Source: Gemmatimonadota bacterium (lineage in GTDB: Bacteria > Gemmatimonadota > Gemmatimonadetes > Gemmatimonadales > GWC2-71-9). Taken from it: 64,000 nucleotides of DNA. The notes beneath the pieces were generated by a model that was not told where the DNA came from, searched no databases, and saw only the letters and a list, made by a program, of their open reading frames with translations. The translations under genes were made by a program, and so were the position numbers. Below, one piece after another: positions 57,309 to 64,000 of the stretch (its first letter is position 1; every line of letters starts with the position of its first letter). The stretch lies in contig JANNSD010000023.1 of assembly GCA_031402225.1 (NCBI GenBank), forward strand, positions 11,612-75,611, read 5' to 3'.

Positions 57309-58258
57309 CCGCGCGCGACCCGGGATTCGCCGCGTCCCTTCGCGCGCAGGTCCGTGGTGAGGTGCGGGAGGACGAAGCGCTTGCGCGATACTCGACGTAC
57401 CGCATTGGAGGCCCGGCTACGGTGCTGTTGCCATCCAGCGCCGAGGACGTTGCCATGGCACTCCGGGCGGCCCAGCAGGCGGGTATCCCCTGGTTCGCCG
57501 TCGGGCTGGGTTCCAACCTCCTCTTTCCCGATAGTGGCCTGGAGGCGCTCGTGATCCGGCTGGGCAAGGGCCTCGATCGCATTGAGTCGTCTGGCGAGAG
57601 GTGGACCCTGGGCGCCGGTCTGCCCGGGCCCCTCGCGGCGCGACGCACCGCGGAGGCGGGATGGGCCGGACTGCACAAGTTCGTCGGCGTTCCCGGTTCG
57701 GTGGGCGGCGGGGTGTACATGAATGCCGGCTGCCACGGCGGGGAATGGGCCGAGGTGGTGACTCGCGTGCTGGTGGTCGATGGGGCGGGGCAGGAACAGT
57801 GGCTCATGCGGGCTGACGTTCCATTCAGCTATCGGCGCAGCGGACTCGATGGCGTGGTGGTGCTGGAGACCGACGTGACGCTGCGCGCCGAGGAGAAAGA
57901 CCGTCTCGCCGACGAAGTGGCTGAACTATTCCGCTGGCGCCAGGAGGGTACGCCCTTCAACCAGCCTTGCTGCGGCAGCGTGTTCAAGAATCCGGGTGGC
58001 CCCAGTTGGGAGCACCGGGAGGGACCACGGACGGCAGGGCAGTTCATCGAGGCGGCCGGGCTCAAGGGGTCGCGGATCGGTGGCGGGGAAATTTCACCGA
58101 TGCACGCCAACTACTTCGTGAACACCGGGGGCGCGTCTGCCGCCGACATCCGCGGCCTCATCGCGCTGGCGCAGGCCCGGGTGCGGGAGCAGTTCGGTGT
58201 GATGCTGGAGACGGAAGTGAAGCTCATCGGAATCCGGGGGGAGTACCTGCATGCCTGA
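57296..58258 (+). CDS. murB: UDP-N-acetylenolpyruvoylglucosamine reductase
   Basis: 320-aa ORF overlapping carB by 13 nt: [51 protein letters not shown], and [10 protein letters not shown]. Confidence 0.88.
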
Positions 58259-58820
58259 CTACTTCGTGCATCAGTCGAGCTATGTGGACGACGGCGCCGT
58301 GATCGGGACCGGTTCGAAGATCTGGCACTTTTCGCACATCATGGCCGGGGCGGTGATCGGCGAGCGCTGCAACCTTGGCCAGAACGTGGTGGTGATGCCG
58401 AGGACTCGGCTCGGCAACGACGTAAAGGTCCAGAACAACGTGTCGATCTACGAGGGGGTGACCCTGGAGGACGACGTGTTCTGCGGCCCAAGCTGCGTGT
58501 TCACCAACGTGATCAACCCCCGCAGCCATGTGTCGCGGAAGGCCGAGTACAAGCCGACGCTGGTGCGAAGGGGTGCCACCATCGGGGCCAACGCCACGGT
58601 GGTCTGTGGGGTGACCCTGGGCGAGTACGCCTTTGTCGGGGCCGGGGCGGTGATCACCACTGACGTGCCCGCGTTCGGCCTGATGGTTGGCGTCCCGGCC
58701 CGGCGCGTTGGCTGGATGTGCCAGTGCGGGGTGAGGCTCAAGGTGGAGGGCGGACGCGCCGTGTGTGGTGCGTGCGGGTCGAAGTACTCTGAAACGAGCG
58801 GCATTCTCGCCCCCGATTGA
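58251..58820 (+). CDS. Left-handed beta-helix sugar N-acetyltransferase (WbpD/WlbB-like)
   Basis: 189-aa ORF overlapping murB by 8 nt. It has hexapeptide repeats (IGTGSKIWHFSHIMAGAVIGERCNLGQNVVV..., VQNNVSIYEGVTLEDDVFCGPSCVFTNV) and a C-terminal Cys-rich tail CQCG...CGACG. Confidence 0.8.
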   Translation: MPDYFVHQSSYVDDGAVIGTGSKIWHFSHIMAGAVIGERCNLGQNVVVMPRTRLGNDVKVQNNVSIYEGVTLEDDVFCGPSCVFTNVINPRSHVSRKAEYKPTLVRRGATIGANATVVCGVTLGEYAFVGAGAVITTDVPAFGLMVGVPARRVGWMCQCGVRLKVEGGRAVCGACGSKYSETSGILAPD

Positions 58821-58940
58821 CCACCTCGGCGGCATCGGCTAACTTCAAGACTTGTCAAAACTTAGCCGTATCCTGCCGGGGCTTCGCAACAGGCCGCGAA
58901 ACACCGGCTCGGTCTTTGCCAACACACGCGAGACGTGCCG

Positions 58941-60056
58941 ATGAGCGTCCCCCTCCTCGATCTGGTTGCCCAGTATCACTCGATCCGCGACGAGATCGAG
59001 CCGGCTCTCCGTTCCGTCATTGAGCGGCAGGCCTTCATCATGGGCCCAGAGATCCCCGCCCTCGAGCAGGCGATCGCGGCACTCTCGCACGTCCGTCACG
59101 CAATTGCTTGCGCGAGCGGCACGGACGCCCTGCTCCTGCCGATCCGCGCCCTCGACCTGGCCCCGGGCGATGAGATCATCGCCCCGGCATTCACCTTCTT
59201 CGCCACGGCGGGGGCCATCCACAATGCCGGCGGCACGCCGGTGTTCGTCGATATCGACCCCGCCACGTTCAACGTGTCACCCGAGGCCATCGAGGCGGCC
59301 ATCACGCCGCGGACTCGGGCCATCGTCGTGGTGCACCTGTTCGGGCAGATGGTACCGATGGAGCGGATCGTTCCCCTGGCACAGAAGCACGGGCTGACCA
59401 TCATCGAGGATGGGGCCCAGGCCATCGGGGCGCGCCGGCGCATCGACGGCACGTGGCGACTGGCGGGCGAGCTCGGTACGGTTGGCACGCTGTCGTTCTT
59501 TCCCAGCAAGAATCTCGGCGGCTGGGGCGACGGCGGCATGATGCTGACCCAGGACGATGCGCTGGGGGGCCGGCTCGCGCGGCTCCGGCTGCACGGCGGG
59601 TCGCGGCAGTACTACCACGAAGAGGTGGGGTACAACAGCCGCCTGGATGCGCTGCAGGCGGCGGTGCTCCTGGTCAAGCTGAGGCACCTGCAGTCGTGGA
59701 ATGAGGCGCGGCGGGCACGGGCCGCGTGGTACGAGCAGGCGCTGGCCGGGCTGCCAGCGGTGTGCCCCCCGCGTACCGACCCGGCCAACGAGCACACGTT
59801 CCACCAGTACACCATCCGGGCGGAGCGGCGCGACGCCCTGCTCGCGCACCTCAAGGCCGGCGGGATCGGCTGCGCCGTCTACTACCCGGTGCCGCTGCAC
59901 CTGCAGCCGTGCTTCGCTCACCTCGGGTACCAGCGGGGTCGGCTTCCGGTTACCGAGCACGCCATGGACACGGTGCTTTCGCTGCCGATCTATCCTGAAC
60001 TCACCGAGGCGCAACAGGCGCTGGTGGTCGACGCGATCCGGAGGTTCTACTCGTGA
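58941..60056 (+). CDS. DegT/DnrJ/EryC1/StrS-family PLP aminotransferase (WbpE/WlbC-like)
   Basis: ATG 58941 (the track ORF starts at GTG 58935): MSVPLLDLVAQYHSIRDEIEPAL, GTDALLL, and the PLP-Lys context SFFPSKNLGGWGDGG. Confidence 0.88.
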   Translation: MSVPLLDLVAQYHSIRDEIEPALRSVIERQAFIMGPEIPALEQAIAALSHVRHAIACASGTDALLLPIRALDLAPGDEIIAPAFTFFATAGAIHNAGGTPVFVDIDPATFNVSPEAIEAAITPRTRAIVVVHLFGQMVPMERIVPLAQKHGLTIIEDGAQAIGARRRIDGTWRLAGELGTVGTLSFFPSKNLGGWGDGGMMLTQDDALGGRLARLRLHGGSRQYYHEEVGYNSRLDALQAAVLLVKLRHLQSWNEARRARAAWYEQALAGLPAVCPPRTDPANEHTFHQYTIRAERRDALLAHLKAGGIGCAVYYPVPLHLQPCFAHLGYQRGRLPVTEHAMDTVLSLPIYPELTEAQQALVVDAIRRFYS

Positions 60057-61147
60057 CAGGATCCACCTCCCCGGCCGGCGGGCCGATGTTCGTGACGAAG
60101 CCGGTGGTTGCCGATCGCCGGATCCGGTTTGCCCTCGTCGGGTGCGGCCGCATCTCGGCCAATCATTTCGATTCGATCGCGGCGCACGGCTCCGAGTGCG
60201 AGCTCGTCGGGGTGTGCGACGTCGATCCGGTGGCACTCGCCGCGGCCCAGCAGAAGACCGGCGCCCCCGGTTTCCGATCGCTGGACGCGATGCTCGCGGG
60301 CACGGAGGCCGATTGCGTCATCCTGGCGACACCGAGCGGCCTGCACGCGGAGCAGGCCATCCGCGTCGCGGCGGCGGGACGCCACGTCATGACCGAGAAG
60401 CCGATGGCCACGCACTGGCAGGACGGCAAGCGAATGGTGGCGGCCTGCGACAACGCCGGCGTGCACCTGTTTGTCGTCAAGCAGAACCGGCGTAACCCCA
60501 CGCTCCAGCTGCTCAAGCGTGCGGTGACGCGGGGACGGTTCGGGCGGATCTACATGGTCAACGTGAACGTGTTCTGGTCGCGGCCCCAGTCCTACTACGA
60601 CAGCGCCGCCTGGCGCGGCACCTGGGAGTTCGACGGCGGTGCGTTCATGAACCAGGCGAGCCACTACGTCGACCTCCTGGACTGGCTGATCGGGCCGGTC
60701 GAGAGCGTGCAGGCCTACACCGCCACCCTGGAGCGCAACATCCAGGTGGAGGATACGGGGGTTGTCGCCGTGCGCTGGCGCACCGGCGCGCTGGGCACGA
60801 TGAGCGTCACGATGCTGGCATACCCGAAGAACTTCGAGGGGTCGATCACGATCCTGGGCGAGAAGGGTACCGTGCGCATCGGGGGGGTCGCCGTGAACCA
60901 GATCGACCACTGGGAGTTCGCCGAACCCGATGCCGACGACGAACAGGTTCAGCAGGCCAGCTACCAGACCACATCGGTGTACGGGCACGGGCACAAGCCT
61001 TACTACGAAAACGTGATCCAGTCGCTGCGCGGGCAGGCCTCGCCGGAGACGGATGGGCGTGAGGGACTGCATTCGCTGGAGATTCTCGTCGCAACCTACC
61101 TCTCGGCGCGCGATGGGCGCCGGGTGGCACTTCCGCTGGAGTACTGA
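60053..61147 (+). CDS. Gfo/Idh/MocA-family NAD-dependent oxidoreductase (WbpB/WlbA-like)
   Basis: 364-aa ORF (GTG start overlapping the previous stop; an alternative ATG lies at about 60086): IRFALVGCGRISANH, and VMTEKPMA (EKP motif). Confidence 0.85.
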   Translation: MTGSTSPAGGPMFVTKPVVADRRIRFALVGCGRISANHFDSIAAHGSECELVGVCDVDPVALAAAQQKTGAPGFRSLDAMLAGTEADCVILATPSGLHAEQAIRVAAAGRHVMTEKPMATHWQDGKRMVAACDNAGVHLFVVKQNRRNPTLQLLKRAVTRGRFGRIYMVNVNVFWSRPQSYYDSAAWRGTWEFDGGAFMNQASHYVDLLDWLIGPVESVQAYTATLERNIQVEDTGVVAVRWRTGALGTMSVTMLAYPKNFEGSITILGEKGTVRIGGVAVNQIDHWEFAEPDADDEQVQQASYQTTSVYGHGHKPYYENVIQSLRGQASPETDGREGLHSLEILVATYLSARDGRRVALPLEY

Positions 61148-61152
61148 GTCAC

Positions 61153-62442
61153 ATGAGCATTGCGAAGGATCTGATCGCGAAGGCCGAGCGCCGCGAGGCG
61201 CTCTTCGGCATCATCGGGCTCGGCTATGTCGGGCTTCCGCTGGCGGTGGAGCTGGCGAAGGCGGGCTTCAAGGTGCTCGGCTACGACGTCAACCAGGGCG
61301 TGGTCGACGGACTCAACCAGGGGCGCTCGCACATCAAGGATGTGAGCCACGCGGAACTGGCGGAGCAGGTCAAGGCTGGCCGATTCTCGGCCACCACTGA
61401 CCCGAAGCGCCTGAAGGAACCCGACGCGATCTCGATCTGCGTGCCCACGCCGCTGTCGAAGTTCAAGGACCCCGACGTCAGCTTCATCGTCGCCGCCACC
61501 GAAGCGGTCAAGGCCTCGCTCCGCCGCGGCCAGGCCATCATCCTCGAGAGCACCACCTATCCCGGCACCACCCGGGAGATCATGCTGCCGGCGCTGCAGG
61601 CCACCGGCCTCAAGGTGGGTGAGGACTTCTTCCTTGCCTTCAGCCCCGAGCGGGTCGACCCGGGCAACTCGACCTACCAGACCCGCAACACGCCCAAGGT
61701 GGTCGGCGGCATCACGCCGGCGTGCCTTGAGGTGGCGGTAGCGCTCTACCAGCCCGCCATCGACCAGCTGGTGCCGGTGTCCACCACGGAAGCGGCCGAG
61801 CTGGTGAAGCTGCTGGAGAACACCTTTCGCAGCGTCAATATCGGCTTGGTGAACGAGATGGCGATCGTCTGCGACAAGCTGGGCGTCAACGTCTGGGAGG
61901 TCATCGACGCTGCCGCGACGAAGCCCTTCGGCTTCATGAAATTCACCCCGGGACCCGGACTCGGCGGGCACTGCATCCCGATCGATCCGCACTACCTCGC
62001 GTGGAAGATGCGCGCGCTCAACTACAAGACCCGCTTCATCGACCTCGCGGGCGAGCTCAACTCGGAGATGCCCCTGTTCTGGGTACGGAAGCTGGCGGAC
62101 GCGCTCAATGATCGTGGCAAGTCGGTCAAGGGATCGAAGGTGCTGGTCATCGGCGTGGCATACAAGAAGGACATCAATGACCTTCGCGAAAGCCCGGCGC
62201 TGGATATCCTGCGCCTGCTGGAGGAGCGGGGGGCCGATGTCAGCTACCACGATCCGTACGTGAAGGAGTTCACGGAGGAAGGGCATACCCGCCGCTCCGT
62301 GCCGCTGACCGCCGAGACGCTGCGCGCGGCCGACGCGGCAATGATTGTCACCGATCACACCAGTCTCGACTACGACCTCATCCGTCGTGAGGCGAAGGCG
62401 GTCACCGACACGCGCAACGCGCTCGCGTCCCGGAAGGCCTGA
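61153..62442 (+). CDS. Nucleotide-sugar 6-dehydrogenase (WbpA/TviB-like UDP-N-acetylhexosamine dehydrogenase)
   Basis: 429-aa ORF: FGIIGLGYVGLPLA, ICVPTPL, and the catalytic Cys in GPGLGGHCIPIDP, plus a C-terminal UDPG_MGDP_dh_C region. Confidence 0.88.
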   Translation: MSIAKDLIAKAERREALFGIIGLGYVGLPLAVELAKAGFKVLGYDVNQGVVDGLNQGRSHIKDVSHAELAEQVKAGRFSATTDPKRLKEPDAISICVPTPLSKFKDPDVSFIVAATEAVKASLRRGQAIILESTTYPGTTREIMLPALQATGLKVGEDFFLAFSPERVDPGNSTYQTRNTPKVVGGITPACLEVAVALYQPAIDQLVPVSTTEAAELVKLLENTFRSVNIGLVNEMAIVCDKLGVNVWEVIDAAATKPFGFMKFTPGPGLGGHCIPIDPHYLAWKMRALNYKTRFIDLAGELNSEMPLFWVRKLADALNDRGKSVKGSKVLVIGVAYKKDINDLRESPALDILRLLEERGADVSYHDPYVKEFTEEGHTRRSVPLTAETLRAADAAMIVTDHTSLDYDLIRREAKAVTDTRNALASRKA

Positions 62443-62446
62443 TCGC

Positions 62447-64000
<1,554 letters not shown>

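Overview
High-GC, very gene-dense bacterial chromosomal segment: about 70 protein genes and one tRNA-Leu. There is no rRNA, no CRISPR array, and no transposase, integrase or phage gene. Many genes use GTG starts and overlap their neighbours by 1-17 nt at start/stop. Protein signatures (TonB starting MFENLIES, Ser/Thr-kinase-TPR fusion) look Gemmatimonadota/Acidobacteriota-like, but I cannot verify that without a database search.

Left to right:
(1) A metal/redox island: truncated P1B ATPase with a TPCP motif, OmpR-type regulator, soluble GAF histidine kinase, USP, orphan membrane protein, DUF411/CopG-like protein, Mn-type SOD and a peroxiredoxin.
(2) A lipoprotein-HK-RR-HK module followed by tonB-exbB-exbD-exbD-tonB2.
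(3) An amino-acid permease, then an amino-sugar/peptidoglycan salvage cluster (BadF-type kinase, Na+/solute symporter, GH3, DUF1343/NamZ-like).
(4) An inositol-lipid pair (CDP-alcohol phosphatidyltransferase plus myo-inositol-1-phosphate synthase) and a membrane pyrophosphatase.
(5) A Ser/Thr kinase, 2-oxoacid dehydrogenase E1a/E1b/E2, small unknown ORFs, PHP, two SDRs, trxB and an MBL hydrolase.
(6) A GT4 / DUF2334-like / flippase-like triad.
(7) A cupin, aspartase, Rrf2 regulator, tRNA-Leu, smpB, an amidase and a lipoprotein.
(8) pyrD and pyrF, then rpmJ-rpsM-rpsK-rpsD-rpoA-rplQ and rpmB.
(9) A long nucleotide-sugar operon (rmd-like, gmd, fcl, WbpD/E/B/A-like, ugd, uxs) with carB and murB embedded in it.

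I do not see a clear-cut new multi-gene 'system' of the defence-island type. The observations I rate highest are:
- the GT4-deacetylase-flippase triad read together with the inositol genes (GPI/mycothiol-like logic; inference only);
- an 18-nt head-to-head overlap of two divergent signal-peptide genes;
- TGA-bearing 7/8-nt tandem arrays next to GC hairpins at two operon ends;
- two sets of 10-11-bp-phased direct repeats next to the two-component loci.

Many long ORFs in the supplied track are antisense or out-of-frame shadows typical of high-GC DNA, and I rejected them.
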